Source: Cirrosporium novae-zelandiae
Taxonomy: Eukaryota
Length of the DNA stretch: 64,000 nucleotides
Reading direction: 5' to 3'
Assembly: GCA_026023565.1 (NCBI GenBank)
Contig: JAPETS010000009.1
Coordinates: 744,001 to 808,000 of the forward strand
Shown in pieces: positions 37,203-50,578 of the stretch. The notes under the pieces were generated by a model. It was not told the DNA's origin. It was given only the letters and a program-made list of their open reading frames with translations, and ran no database searches. The position numbers and the translations under genes were made by a program. How positions within the stretch are numbered: position 1 is the first letter of the stretch; each line of letters opens with the position of its first letter.

Positions 37203-40184
37203 ATGGCAGACACGTGGGAATCATACAAAGAGACCATAAAGAACTTATACTTGACACAAAACAAACCACTTAAAGATGTTATAACGTATATGAGCGAGGC
37301 ATACGGCTTTCGTGCGAAGTGAGTTCTCGCGATTAAGTGCCTCGCAAAGAGACTAACGATGTCTCAGTAAAGCACAATACGGACCTTGGTTGAAAGCATG
37401 GAATTTTCGTAAGAACCTCACAAGTCCGGAGTGGGATTTCATCGGGCACCGTATCCAGAAACGAAAGAGAGACAAGAAAGATAGCAATGTTTACATCAAC
37501 GGGGCTTTAATTCCATTCAAGAAGGTCAAGAAAGAAGTATCACGAAATATGCTCCCAAGCTACTATTCCGGTAGGGTCCATATATATACTTCAAGACTGC
37601 CAATACTAAAGGTAGTCAGCACCAAGCCCGCAAACACCTGAAGGAATTTCAGTGTGTACTCCTCAGGCATTCCTTCTACGTTCTAGCTTATCGGAGACTC
37701 TCCCCATATTCAAATTCCTAGAAACAGTTGGAACACATGGTATTTCAATGCTCCTAGAGTCAATGCTAAATAGAAAGCCATAGGCTAAACTAGAATACAG
37801 ATGGACAAGCTCTGATCAGCATTCATGAGAAATGGAATCTAGCTCTACAAGATGGCAAATCAAGTCTAATTGACGGGTGTTCGGATTTTTCATGGCTTTT
37901 CTCACCAGGAGATATTAAACCTAGTTATTTTGGAACGCTGTCAACCGTGCTGGATTCGAGCTTCACCAGGAACGTTGCTATCACCGGTAGCGATGGCACC
38001 CTTGCAGAGATACCAACACCAGGAAATTGCAACCGACTCGAAGATACTGCACGCAACACCATTACAACCTCGAAGGTATCAGACTTGTGGCTCTTTTTGG
38101 GGGTATTCGCTTATCGAATGACGAATAACTTTATAAGACAAGAAAAGGAGATTCAAGAATTCCTCGAATGGATAATCGAAAATAGAAAGAGTGCGTCTCT
38201 TAAAACCGTGTTGCAATACAAAACACCGACCACCAAAACATTGGCACAGGTTCTTCTCTATAGCGCAGTGAAACTCAAATATATGGATATTCTACTAGCT
38301 TTGCTGGATTTTGGTGTAGATGTCAACGCCATAAGCCCATTGTCGTGCCAACCACCACTCATTATAGCGGCAAGGGATGGCAACATCGAACCGGTTCAGT
38401 CTCTACTACGAGCTGGAGCTCATATTAACGTCTGCTATACTGAAAAAACTGCGCTTACAACAGCAGCGGAAACTGGCAATATAGCACTAGTCAAGTTTCT
38501 CATACAAGCTGGTGCGGATATCAATATCTCCGAACACGGACACACTCCACTTCAAGCGGCAGTACAGAAGGAAAATGTTACCTTGGTTCGGATACTATTG
38601 GATCTTGGCGCAGATGTCAACATTTATCGTACTGGAAATAAATCGATAATACTTGAAGAGGCCTTTAAAACCGGAAATAACGATTTAGTTAAGTTGCTTC
38701 TTGATACTGGCGCAAATATCGACGATGCAACTAAGCTCCATGCAATGATTAAATGCGATAATTTTGAATACCTCACAGAATTCTTAGAAGCTGGTATGGA
38801 TATTAATTCCTCTACCCTGGAAATATGTGGAGTAACCCCGTTACAAACAGCAATAAGATATGGAAGAAAGGAAACGGTTGAGTTTCTTTTAATAATGGGG
38901 GCAAATATTAATACTCCAGCTACAAAATATTATGGATTGACTGCATTTCAAGCAGCGGTTTCCCGAGAACCAATTGATATTAACCTAGTCAAAATGCTTT
39001 TGGAGGCTGGTGCAGATGTTAATGCTCCAGCTGCAAAATATAATGGATTAACTGCACTTCAAGTAGCGGTTTACCGAGTACCAATTGATATTAACTTAAT
39101 CAAGATATTTTTGGAGGCTGGTGCAGATGTTAATGCTCCTGCTGCAAAATATTATGGATTGACTGCACTTCAAGCAGTGGTTTCCCGAAAACCAGTTGAT
39201 ATTGACCTAGTCAAGATGCTCTTGGAGGCTGGTGCAGATGTTAATGCTCCTGCTGCATACTGTCAAGGGAAAACAGCGCTTCAAGCGGCAGCAGCTTTAG
39301 GGGGTGAGATTGAGTTAACTCAGATGCTCCTAAACGCTGGAGCAGATGTTAACGGTCCAGCTGCAAAATGTTGTGGGTATACTGCATTACAACAAGCTGT
39401 CCGGAATAGGGACTCCCTGTTAATTCGAATCTTCCTGGATGCTGGCGCGGATGTCAATAGTACTGCCACAGAATCTAGAGGTTGCAGCTTCAACGGTATA
39501 TGCATTATGCACGGCAAAGGAGAAGAAGAAGCATGGGGAACTGCACTGCAGATGGCAGCACGTTGCGGCAACATCGAGTCAGTCAATATGCTTCTGAATG
39601 CAGGGGCAAATATCAATGCATTAGCTTCAGAGTCCTGGGGACAAACCGCACTCCAAGCCGCAGCAGAGGCTGGCGAAAATAGAGTCCAGCTCGTTGAGTT
39701 ATTATTATCAAGGGGCGCAAATATAAATGCACCTATTTGTAAAATAGGGGGAAGGACGGCACTTCAACATGCAGCAACTAAAAATGATGTAGACCTAGTC
39801 CGAACCCTACTTAATTCCGGGGCAGACGTCAATGCTGCTGCTGCCGAAGGCTGTGGATTTACCGCACTCCAAGGAGCTGCGATCAGTGGAAATCTCAGAA
39901 TTGCATGCATGCTCCTCGAGGCCGGAGCTGATATTGATGCTGACCCATCAAAATGGTGTGGGAGGACAGCTCTCGGAGGCGCTGCTGAACATGGCCGTCT
40001 AGACATGGTACAGATGCTTATGAATGTTATCAAAGGTCGTGATGTTCCAGAAACATGGAGTTATCAAATAGCAGCTAAGTTAGCGGAAGACAACGGTCAT
40101 GTTGTCATAGCGGGATTGATTCGAGCCTTTGAGGAAGAACGTAGGGAGGCGGGATTCTCGTCGACGAGCTCAAGGAAAATCTAG
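37203..40184 (+). CDS. Clr5-domain protein with long C-terminal ankyrin-repeat array
   Basis: Exon 1 is MADTWESYKETIKNLYLTQNKPLKDVITYMSEAYGFRA. Introns at about 37319-37367, 37571-37619 and 37740-37800 join in frame to KAQY..LKAWNFRKN and then the 37947-40184 ORF, which carries more than 15 GADVN..TALQ.A repeats. Confidence 0.88.
38898..39257 (+). repeat. Three-plus tandem 111-bp high-identity ankyrin repeat units
   Basis: Units start at 38898, 39009 and 39120, with a partial unit at 39231; near-identical at DNA level. Confidence 0.92.
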
Positions 40185-40199
40185 GTTACAAAACTTACG

Positions 40200-42870
40200 G
40201 CTAGAAATGTGATCCTGAGGAAGCTTTTGAAAAAAAAAATATGTTTTCAATAACAATTCATTTTGAAAGCCTCTCTAAAGCCTCCATAGGATCATTTTCC
40301 TGGGGTTTTTTTTTTCGGTTCTAGTCGTTTTCATTTCTACTCTATCTGTCAAAAGTATTTACCTACGTCTTTCCATTGGAGCAGATAGATGCGACAAACT
40401 TGTGGATTCTATGTGTGGGATCGCCAGCTAAATAGTGGGCGGCACATGACCGGTTTATAACCCTAACACTTTCAACATCCATCCTTCTAAAGCTATGAAG
40501 TACAGTAAATCAGTGCAGTAGATCAAGGAAGTAACATACTCCCCCCCCGCCCATCCCATCTCTCTCTCAAAACTCTAAAGACCAACCACCTGCCTATATC
40601 TATATCATCTACATACCCACAATTCCACATCCAACTCTTCCAACTACACCAAGGCAGACATCCTAAAACAAATAAAAAAAAACAGAAAAAAATAAACCCA
40701 CTTTCACTTTCACTCTTAACTCTTCACCCCCTAAAACCGCCATCACAACCCTAAAAAAAAAAGCCCCCCCCCACTATATATCCTATATCCCATATCCCAT
40801 ATCTCAAACTACCATAACGGCCATAGTGAATAGTAATCGTAATAAGGAGGTCATCATTGCTGGAGAGAAAAAAAAAGTTTCGTTTGGAAAAATCATGTAA
40901 ACTATACTATACTATACTATACTGATTATACTATTGTGTCTCGTGCGCTTTTTTGATATAGGTAGATAGATATATTTGATTTATTTTTTTGGTGGAGGGT
41001 AGGGGGGATAGAGGGGTGGAGGATGAAGTGCTGGGGAAGAGGCCGAAGGTGCATTATTACTTACATTGCTTCAACTCCCCCTTCCTGTCTTTCTTGTTAG
41101 CTGTTAGAAGGCAAACCAACAAGCCAACACGCATCCTCTCTCCCCCCACCTCCTCCTACACTCCTACCTAACCACCTAACTCTAGGCCCAAAAAAGTGGA
41201 CCTAGAATAAAATAAAACAATCCCCGATTTACCCTAGTATTAAAATATATTTATATGTAACCTGTAACCCGGGTTGGGTTGAGGTGTAATAACTTGTAAC
41301 AACTTCCAACAAATGGGGGGAGGGGGGAGGGGAAGTAGAAGGAGGAGGAGGAAGGGGTAGAGAGGTAAGGGGTTAAGAGGAATGGAATAGAAATAGTATA
41401 ACTTGCTACCAGTAGCGGCCGAAGTTGGATTTACTATACATAAATAAATAAATAAATTATGATAGCAAACAATATGCAATATGTATTTCATCTCGAAACT
41501 CGAAACTCGAGATCTCGAGATAGATATACACATACACACCATCAACCCTTCTCTCTTCCACCTTCTCCTTCTTCTTCTTACCTATATCAATATCAATATC
41601 GATATCAACGTAATAACCTAGCAAACTCATCCAATATCCAACCCCCCGTACCCTACTTACTAGGAACACGAACACTACGAACACTACGAACACTACGAAC
41701 AAAGCCTCACCCTTACCTCACTCCTACATACTTCTATACTTCTATAAAAATAAGCAACACTCTCCCACACCTCTCCCCTCTCCCCTTTCCCCAACCCCAT
41801 CACGTTTACAAATTCACACACTTCCTTCCTTAACCTTCCTTCTCAAATAGTCACTTACCCATCCACCCACCAACCCACTTCCACCTAATTTATCTTCTTT
41901 CCCTCTCACCCCCTCTCCCCCCCTCCTCCCACCCTAATATCCCAATATATCAACCCCTCTATAAACAAAATCGGATTAGTAGTCCCCCCCTCCAAAAAAA
42001 AAGGAGAGGGGTTAGGATTGGGATTGGGATTAACTTGACTTAATTTTTAAGTATCTTAGACAGAGAGAAAGAGAAAGAGATGTTTTCATTTTTTTTTTTT
42101 CACGAATGAGAGATGAAAAGGGAATGAGAAGATTTTTGGTGTTGAGAGTTAAGAGTCTAGTATTATCACCATTATAAATAAATAAATAAAACCACACCGA
42201 CCTCCTCTCTCCCCCCCTTTCCCTTCCCTTCCCTCCCTCCTTCTCCCCTAGTCTAAGACTCTAAGATCCATAAAAACCGACCGTCCTATTTACTCTTTAC
42301 TATTTAGAGTCTTGATCTTGGTCTAATTAGTCTAATTAATTATTCATTTATTCACTTATTCATAACACACTTTGTTTGATATTTTGATAATGGGTTTAAA
42401 AAAAGGGGGATAGGAGTAGGGGTGGTTCTGGGATGTTGATGAGGAAGGAGGAAGGAAGGAAGGGGTTTTTATTTACTACTACTACTACTATTACGAATTA
42501 CGAATTAATTAATTATTATTAGAGATTCAAAAAGAAAAAGAAAAAGAAAAAAAACTAAAGAGAAAAAAGGGGATTTATTTATTCATAATTTCGTGTCTTA
42601 GTAAATAGTAGAGTAGAGAAAGAGAGAGAGAGAGGTCTACTGAAAACTAAAAGTCCAGCAAGCAATAATATAAAGGTTCCATTTCTTTTTCTTTAATCAA
42701 AGTCATCATATCATATCATCTAGATAACCCTGTGCTATGTTATACTACGTACATGTACGTAAAAACGCTAGGTAAGAGTTATACACACCATAAGAATCGA
42801 AAGGTATATTCATCATAATTAAAAAAATTCATCATCACATGCTAGTTCGCTGAGCTGAGCTGAGCTGCGC
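40200..42870. repeat. Gene-free low-complexity/microsatellite island
   Basis: Poly-A/C/G runs, (tacta)n, (ag)n, (tac)n and a 9-bp tandem (acgaacact) at 41668-41700. Confidence 0.8.
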
Positions 42871-42878
42871 AGCTTTAA

Positions 42879-45578
42879 TTACCAGCTGTTGAGCCCCTTC
42901 TTGATGGCTTCGCTTACGCGGGCTGGACCAGCTGAAGATGTGGTGGTGTTTGTGGATCCCGGAACACAGCGTCCGTTACCCCAAGCGACATTCCCAGCAC
43001 GGGTCCAGAGGGCAGAGATGTCAAAGAGATCATCAACCGTGTGGAAGATCCTGCAGTCTGCGGCTTCATAAACGAACTGGAGTGGGGTGTTGGTGTCGTC
43101 TCCTACGCGGTAGTTGTTCCTCGCGTTGACGCTGGGACCCGTGGTTGTTAGGTTTGTGTAAGCCAGGGGGGCATCTTTGAGGGATGGGAGGGTCATGCCC
43201 TTGGGCGCGTCTTTTATTGCTAGGGCATCGAATGTGTATCCCTGGAGGGTGGATATCGTCAATACCTCGGCGCCTTTGGTCCCACCGACAGCCTGCATGG
43301 GTGCGTTTTTGGGTCGGCCTCCAACGACGATGCTGTTTAGTTGTGCTTGGGACTTTAGGAACTCGGAAAAGATTGTGCAGGTGGAGGCACACACGCCGTC
43401 GTAGAGGACGTAGATGTTCTCCTTTTTGAATGGCTGAGGGTTAAGATGGGTCAGGTTTATGTAGCCCGAGATATCTAAACCTTGGGTGGAGACGATATTA
43501 CTGAGGTTGTAGCGGAGGAGGGAGGTGAAGTTATCACCATCAATCTCGATGGGTCCGTACATATCGGCCCAAGAAGTATAGGGAGCATTGTCAGCATTTT
43601 GATAACTAGATACAATTGTTAGCAAAAACAACCTCCAAATTAATACTATAAATGAGATCCAAGGGTAATGTTCACCTTTTATAAGAAAAGTCTGTTGAGG
43701 TAGTCAAATTATATTTTTCCGTGTTCAACGCACTACCGATGAAATTCAGGGATGGAGCATCGCGGAAACGTGATGCACCGTATGGCTCGATAGTAGGGAA
43801 GAGTTGTTTGAAGAGGCTTTGGCAAGTCAGTAATAATTCCCCCATGTATCAAGTATGCATTGATAACTTACTCATAACCAGCATCAATTAATCCACCACC
43901 ATTATTAGAAAGATCGATCAGAAGTTTAGTTTTCCCAGCAGCTCTTGCACGGGAGAAGAACTTCCGTGTCACTTCTTGCCATTCTGTAAAAGATTCGGTC
44001 GTCTCCCCTGGCTCGAAACTTGTTACAGCGAGGACGGCCACGTCCGACATACCCGTTGAGTTTAGAAAATATCCAGATATAGCACCACTTGAGTGGATAA
44101 CAACAGGATTAGGATAGCCAGTTGGAGCTGCTACCGCTGTAGATGAAGCACTAGCCGGGTAAGAGGAATAATACGACAACGAAGAGCTAACAGGTAAGCC
44201 CGACGACATAGAGCTGGCAAGTAAGCTCGATGATGTTGGAGCTGTAGTTGCTGATAGCGCCACCGCAGAGTATAAAGCCTTACCACTATCGATACCGACA
44301 AAGCTCGCAGCCATTGCCGCCTTGATTTTCACAAGCCTTGGAGTCGTCTTATTCGCAAAAGATATGGTGTAGCTTTGAGTGTCCGGTAGCGGAGCCAAAC
44401 CATTCGCTAAGAAATTTCCCCCAGTTGTTCGTCTCAAGTCAAAAAAAATATCGTTGTAATTTGCATCCGGATCTTGGTTTGAGCCCATAAGTGCCACTTT
44501 CTCTAGGTAAGATGCTGCATCTTCCCCATTGATTTTTGTAATTGCAGATGGCGTCCACGTCAGATTGGGATTTGTTTTAGCTGCAATAATATCGGCTAAA
44601 CTCTAGTCAGTCTCTCGAAAATTCATTTGTATATACTTTTCTATGCTTATATGAACTGGAGTACTTTTTCAAATCCATCACTTCGGTATTTTTACCAGGA
44701 GGGCTTCGGAAAAATGAAAAAAAAAAATGAAAAATACAAAGGATTGATTCCGCAATAGCCGGGTTCATATAAAGGCCAAAAAACAAGGAAGCTAGAGAAT
44801 CTACTCACTTAAAGCATAAATTTCGGGCAATTCGATTCCATCTCGGGAAATTGAGGTGAGTATAAGTTGCCTATCATATTCGAAAACGTTGATAAGCGCA
44901 GGTATATAGAAAAAATGTCCGTCGTGAGCATTATTTATAAGGTTGAAAAGGTCAAGATCGAAGTCATATTGGTTGGTGTATCTGTTCGTTTATAGCACGT
45001 CAGTCTGAGGCTGGGTAGCGCAGTAAAAATTGGAAAACAACGACTTCCACCGAAAAGTGAGTCAGAATCTTCAATAACTTGCAATGATTATAGCGGTTAA
45101 AGAAGGTGATCTCAGCTCACTCATCGCCAAACATGTTAAGCAAAGCATGAAGCACTTACCCATTAGCGGCTGCTGTCTTTTTTATTCCCTGAAGGCCTCC
45201 CATGATATCAACTGGATCCATCAAATATCCTTCTGGGGGATCTTTGAGGTATGCCAATGTTGACTGGTATTCCACAAATGGTATCAACCATTCAATAAGG
45301 GCTACGGCGCGGTTCTTTTCGAACGGGGTAGACCTTAAACAAGCGTTTGCAAGGTCAAGATCGGCAGAATAAAAAGATGTTGCTCCTGAGCTAGCGGATG
45401 CATAGTAGGCAGAGGAAGAACTGCTAATAACAGCGCAAGCATTTGCTACTTTAGGAGATTTTGTCGTAGTTGGTACCACGGTGCTTGACGAAATTGAGCC
45501 ATCTGAAGTCTTGGCAGGAAGGGCATAAGAAGCAGTCACAGCAGCCAATGTAGCCGCAACAATGCTTTTGGTGTGCAT
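42879..45578 (-). CDS. Secreted peptidase S41-family protein
   Basis: Signal peptide, EYQSTLAYLKDPP, NNAHDGH, KLLIDLSNNGGG, LYDGVCASTCTIF, VVGGRP..MQAVGGTKG and PLQFVYEAADCRIF. About four introns. Confidence 0.88.
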
Positions 45579-46563
45579 GATGTATTAGGATGTAGAAAGA
45601 AAAAAATACAGAGAAGAGAGAATTTTCGTTCCAGAGTGTGGAACGGCTGGGTTGTTGAACGTGTCTACAGTAAGCAGAAAGGGGAGTTTATATGTTCGTG
45701 GAAGGAACGTTAGCAAAAACGAAATAAGCACTGATGGGATCATAGAGGATGGCCCTTTAGCATGATGTGAAGCTTCCTAGAATAAGTTTAGCAGTGAGGC
45801 TGTTCACATATCTCACTCCAGCATATTAAATCTAGTGAAATTGCGGTAGCAGTGTGTTTATGCGATTGCCATGTTTAACACCCCACAAAGATGACAACGG
45901 ATAGATTGATTATACGCTGGTTATAACCTAATGTGGGAATTTTCATTGGATGCAAGCAAATATTTAGTGCAAGGTACAGACTAATTAGTAGAAAGAAGGG
46001 TAGAGTTTATCGTTAACAGGTAAGAAAGCCACCACGAATGGGACTGGCGGTGGCTGTTGAACTGACTTGCAGACAAAACATTCTGAATATAGAGTAGGTA
46101 CAGACCAAGTTAGTGATTATTAGGACATGTCCAGGCTGAGTAGCTAAAGTGGATCTTATAATAGTTCTCCAAAGAATTAACATGATGAAGTTAATGCAGG
46201 ATTCTGAAGGAGTGTCAGGATCTGGAAATTAATTTCCTCATGGTGGTAGAGAGGTTAGCATTGGTGACGGTAAGCTTATTTGGTGTTGGCGGCTCAAGGC
46301 TGAGTTAAAGTTTGGAGCCATGATCAGCTACTGCTTACTGCGCCAAGTGTCACTACCTCAAATACTGGATAGCTTAGCAATGATGCTTTAAGAGAGACGC
46401 ATTATACCTCAATGACGAGTTCAATAGGAAATCATCTCAAAACATGTTAACTTCAGGCAGATGGAGTTGATGATGTGAGGAATGCCACGGCAAACAAATC
46501 CAAATCAGTCATTCCGCCATTATATTTTACAGTACTAACTTGGGTATACATCTCCTTCTCATG

Positions 46564-48203
46564 TTACCTGCGGAACCTCTTAAGCTCCCAATATCGAAGC
46601 GGGAGATAGGTGGCAATAGTAAACACCAATGTTAACTGGTTGCCAATATCTCCTCCACCTCCAATCTTCTTCGAAATCACCCCAACATACCATGTTTGGA
46701 CCATTCCGAGAATGCAGCCTACAATGCCAATTAAAAATGCACTGCAACCTGCGATCCCGATCGGAAGCTTCGATTGTGTGTTCCAGGCTTCGAGATCATA
46801 ATTGTCAATGTTCCCCTTTCTGAAAACATAATGTTCCAGGAAGACAATCACAAAGAATGCAGTATTCCAATATCCGAGGAGACTGAGAAAGTTCTCGAGT
46901 ATTTCTTGAAGATGTTCGCGACCTGCGATTGAGAGGGCAAGAATTATACCACAGAGCAAAAGACACCAGAAAGCACGAGGAATAAGTTTTAGAGGTCGAG
47001 CAAAGAGTTGGACCGATAGACCGGCAGAATAAATAGCAATTGTGGTCATTCCGATAGAGGAGAGAACCAGCAAAACCAAGAGGAATTTGGCGAATCCTCG
47101 GGGGTACAAAATCATTTGGATAAGGTACCCAAGGCCATCGTTTTCGTAGGTATCCAACCATTCTTCATCGACACCCATTGTAGATGCAACACAACACCCG
47201 GCCACCATTCCTATACATGTTGGAATTGTTATTCCGAGGGTTGTCAAAATAAAGATCTTCCATTTGTGGGTGTCAACCGGATAATGGACGTAGTAATCAG
47301 ATACAATTGACGACCAGGATGCGGAGGAGCCATAGCAGACGGAGAACAGGTTTAAACAAGCGGCCGAAAACGACACGCCGGCGAGGGCTGAAGGGGTTTT
47401 TGTATCTGCAAATCGACCAGCCTCTCCATAGATGACCATAAAAACTATGAAGATTGGAATCCAGGCATATTGGTCGAATGTTAATACCGCCCGCAACCCA
47501 ATAAAGCTTACCACCAATCCAACGAGGGCAATGATTACAACTCCCAGAGCAAGAGAGACATGGCCGTCAGAAACAGCCGTGAGACACAATCCACCAGTGA
47601 CGCAGGCCGTTGTGCACCAACCGAGCTGTTCGACGACGTTGAGAGCGGCGATTATTTTAGACGGCCACCATCCAAAGCTATAACGGCAAATAGCCACTTG
47701 TCTGCATCCAGTCGGAGGTCCCAGTGTAGCACACCATCCCTAAGACCCGATCAGTTAGAAAACCCTTGCAAATTATACTATCCAGCACTCACCGTTACAG
47801 CGGCACCAATAAGTGTAGAGAAGATGACAAGAGGAATTGTCTGCTTGAGAGCCAACCCGAATTCCCAACCCAGGAAGCCAGTCGCAAAGCACGAAATATT
47901 CATGGTACCACTGAACTACAGAATAAATTAGCACGTTGTCGTTCCTATCCTGCGCGGATAATGGATTACCCAAATGAAGCATCCCACCCACAGGCTTGGT
48001 GGGTTCTTTTCGTGAGGCAGGATACGATCAGGTCCATGACCTTCAATGCCGAGTTTCTTGTCAAACACGGCCTCATAATATCTCAGTCGTCCAAGAATCC
48101 CATCCTGCCGAACTATTTTCTCCGAGCCCAAGGAAGGGTCCTCTTCGACCTTTACCGTGTGTGGGTCGACGATAGTAAGCTTCTCAACATCTGTCGATGC
48201 CAT
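46564..48203 (-). CDS. NCS1-family purine-cytosine / vitamin B6 permease (Fcy2/Fcy21/Tpn1-like)
   Basis: LGIEGHGPDR, FSGTMN, GP.TG.RQ..I.RYSFGWW, SDYYVHYP and LENFLSLLGYW. Two introns at about 47920-47970 and 47740-47792. Confidence 0.9.
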
Positions 48204-49057
48204 GACTGATAGTTAAACCGGCGCAAAGGCAGTGGAAGACCTGGGGGGAATAGGTCAAGACGGACGACGTCTCTGTAGAAGCCCTAGGTAGGTCAGCAAA
48301 AAGGTATTTGCTGATAACACCTCATAGCAAACAGCATTCGTCTTCTGAGGACGCTGCTCCTTTAAGTAAATGCGCGCGCCATGACGAATAGGAATTGAAA
48401 AAAAATCGACGGAAGTAAGCGACTTGTGCGGTAGGATAGAATAGATAAGACATGATGAACAGGCATGAACTAGTAATTGCTTTGTACAGTACCTTATCAG
48501 TCGGCTCCCAGATGAACCACAGCGTTGCAGCGCTAAAACATATTTTTGCCGCATCCTACCCTGAAGAGGCAGTTGGGCACACTTGATATTCTAACATCCT
48601 TTCTGAAATTCAATAATTAACAGATTACCAACCACATTTCTTGCCTCGGTAGGGGATTTTGGGGTATGGGAGAAAACCGTAATTAAATGCATAAGCATTT
48701 ATATTTTTCAATAAAGAGAGATATATATATATATAAATGAAACCTACCACCAACCCCGAGATTTTTTGTTTCTCAGATTTTGAGGTGAGGAGAGGCCTAT
48801 AGCCTATATAGGCAAACAACCAGGTTTAGATATATAACCCAAAATAAATTCTTGGTATTGAGAACTGATCTTTGTTCAAAGGGCTCTCTTTCTCTCTTTC
48901 CAAGGCCGCTTTCCTATTTCACTTTTGGGTCTCTGGTCGCTTTCATTTCCAACTCATCAAAAGCAGAAAAAACATGCATCTATTTTTTCTAAAAAAAACA
49001 AAACAAAATTTCACAGCGTCCATACTCCCCTTGTCATCCAACAAAACCACTAACCTC

Positions 49058-49096
49058 TTCTTCTTCTTCTTCTTCTTCTTCTTCTTCTTCTTCTTC
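49058..49096. repeat. (TTC)13 microsatellite
   Basis: Perfect run starting about 15 bp downstream of the VOC gene stop codon. Confidence 0.9.
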
Positions 49097-49110
49097 CTCA
49101 CTCTCAGTAC

Positions 49111-49641
49111 TCAATACCTCCCTAACCAAAACTCATCCCGATCCGGAAAATCCGTCCACTCATGCTCTTCTTCACAATAAACCCTCACCACCCTCCCATC
49201 CGGATCCTCACAGCACAGCACCCACCCCTTAATCCCCCTCAGCACCCTACTCCTCCTAACCCCATTGGCATCAAACCACGTCCCCCACTCCTCCAAATCC
49301 GCTCTCGTATCCACACCCCAGGTGATAGGATCCCAGCCCCGCTGAGCGCTCACCACCTGGTCGGGGACGTGTCTGATTTCGACTATCAGGTTTGTTGGGG
49401 CGTGGGCGAACATGACGGCAAAGAGCTTGTGGTCCGGGGTGAAGTGGTCGTAGTGGGGGAGCCTGGTGAAGGGGAAGATGGTGGTGTAGAAGGAACTGGT
49501 TTTGAGGATGTCGGTTGCGGGGAGCTTGAGGTGGTTTATGCCACGGAAGCTGGAGGGCATTTTTGATGAAGAAGGTGGGTTTTTGCTGCTTGCTACGCTC
49601 TGAGTTGGCGGTGCCGAGTTGGGTGGTGGTGTGTCTTCCAT
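49111..49641 (-). CDS. Glyoxalase/bleomycin-resistance (VOC) family protein
   Basis: GINHLKLPATDILKTSSFY, DPITWGV and CCEDPDGRVVRVY fit the VOC beta-alpha-beta pattern. Intronless. Confidence 0.85.
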   Translation of the reverse strand: MEDTPPPNSAPPTQSVASSKNPPSSSKMPSSFRGINHLKLPATDILKTSSFYTTIFPFTRLPHYDHFTPDHKLFAVMFAHAPTNLIVEIRHVPDQVVSAQRGWDPITWGVDTRADLEEWGTWFDANGVRRSRVLRGIKGWVLCCEDPDGRVVRVYCEEEHEWTDFPDRDEFWLGRY

Positions 49642-50578
49642 TTTTGCTGCTGGAAGGAAGGGGTTATTATATACCAGCTTGGTTGGGTTACGGTATATAT
49701 AACTAGGGTTTGAATCTGCCCCTGGTCAATTGGGAAAATTCAAATGCTTTTATGTGCTCGTTTCATAATCTCGATGTGTATGGCTGATTCTGACAGTGGA
49801 AACCATCTCATCCAGAGTGGAACTGAACAGTTATATAACATTTGTTTCTCCCATACATCATAACGCTTATGGTGTCGCTGTCGCTGTTCGGTACAACCTA
49901 GGTCCGAGAGAGCGAGTCTTGAGAGTTTCGCTAAGGGCCGAGAGGCCGACTTAATAGTCGTGAGTGATAGAATATAATACCCCGAGACCGAGGGTGTGGC
50001 GGTGTGGATGAGCTTCTTTGAGTTATTTATATACTATGACTTCAATTGCTTGATGGTGATTTAGTCACCTACTGTGCTAGTTGACTCTGGATGGGACTGG
50101 AGTCAATCAATGAACTACAACTTGATACCTAGGACATAGACTAATCCAACTATCATAGGGAGCTTACGTTTAGGAGAACACCCCAAAGCCATGGTACGAA
50201 GACTCAAGGTGAAATGTCGAAGATGTAATGTTTCAAGCAAAATGCAACTCTAACTGAACGCTTGGTCTTGAATCAACTTCAATCATTGTAATTGGTATAT
50301 ATATGTATATATGTATCTTTTTTTCGTAAGAATAGTCATAAATGTCATAACATGAGACAAAAGAAAAATCGTTAATGGAAGAAATGCAGGGCAATTTATC
50401 GCCAGTACACACACAAATGGTTATCTCAGTCTTCATTGTGCAAAACTCCAGATGCAAAACTCATAATGCAAAACTCATTCTGTAAGCCAAGGACAACTCC
50501 ACCAACAGTTATATATTTCCCCTCGCCCAGAACCATGACAATTTGTTATCGAGACACCACCGTATTCATTGAAACTTT

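Noticed and set aside
37203..40184. Canonical NACHT/NB-ARC NLR
   Set aside because: No Walker A (GxxGxGKS/T) is visible between the Clr5 domain and the ankyrin repeats.
41668..41700. Short direct repeats (also tgcaaaactc x3 at 50439-50476) as a CRISPR-like array
   Set aside because: These are simple 9-bp and 14-bp period tandem repeats without unique spacers, in a eukaryotic context with no cas genes.
44647..44772. 10-bp inverted repeat (ttatatgaac / gttcatataa) inside an S41 intron
   Set aside because: It is too short and AT-rich to support a mobile element call.
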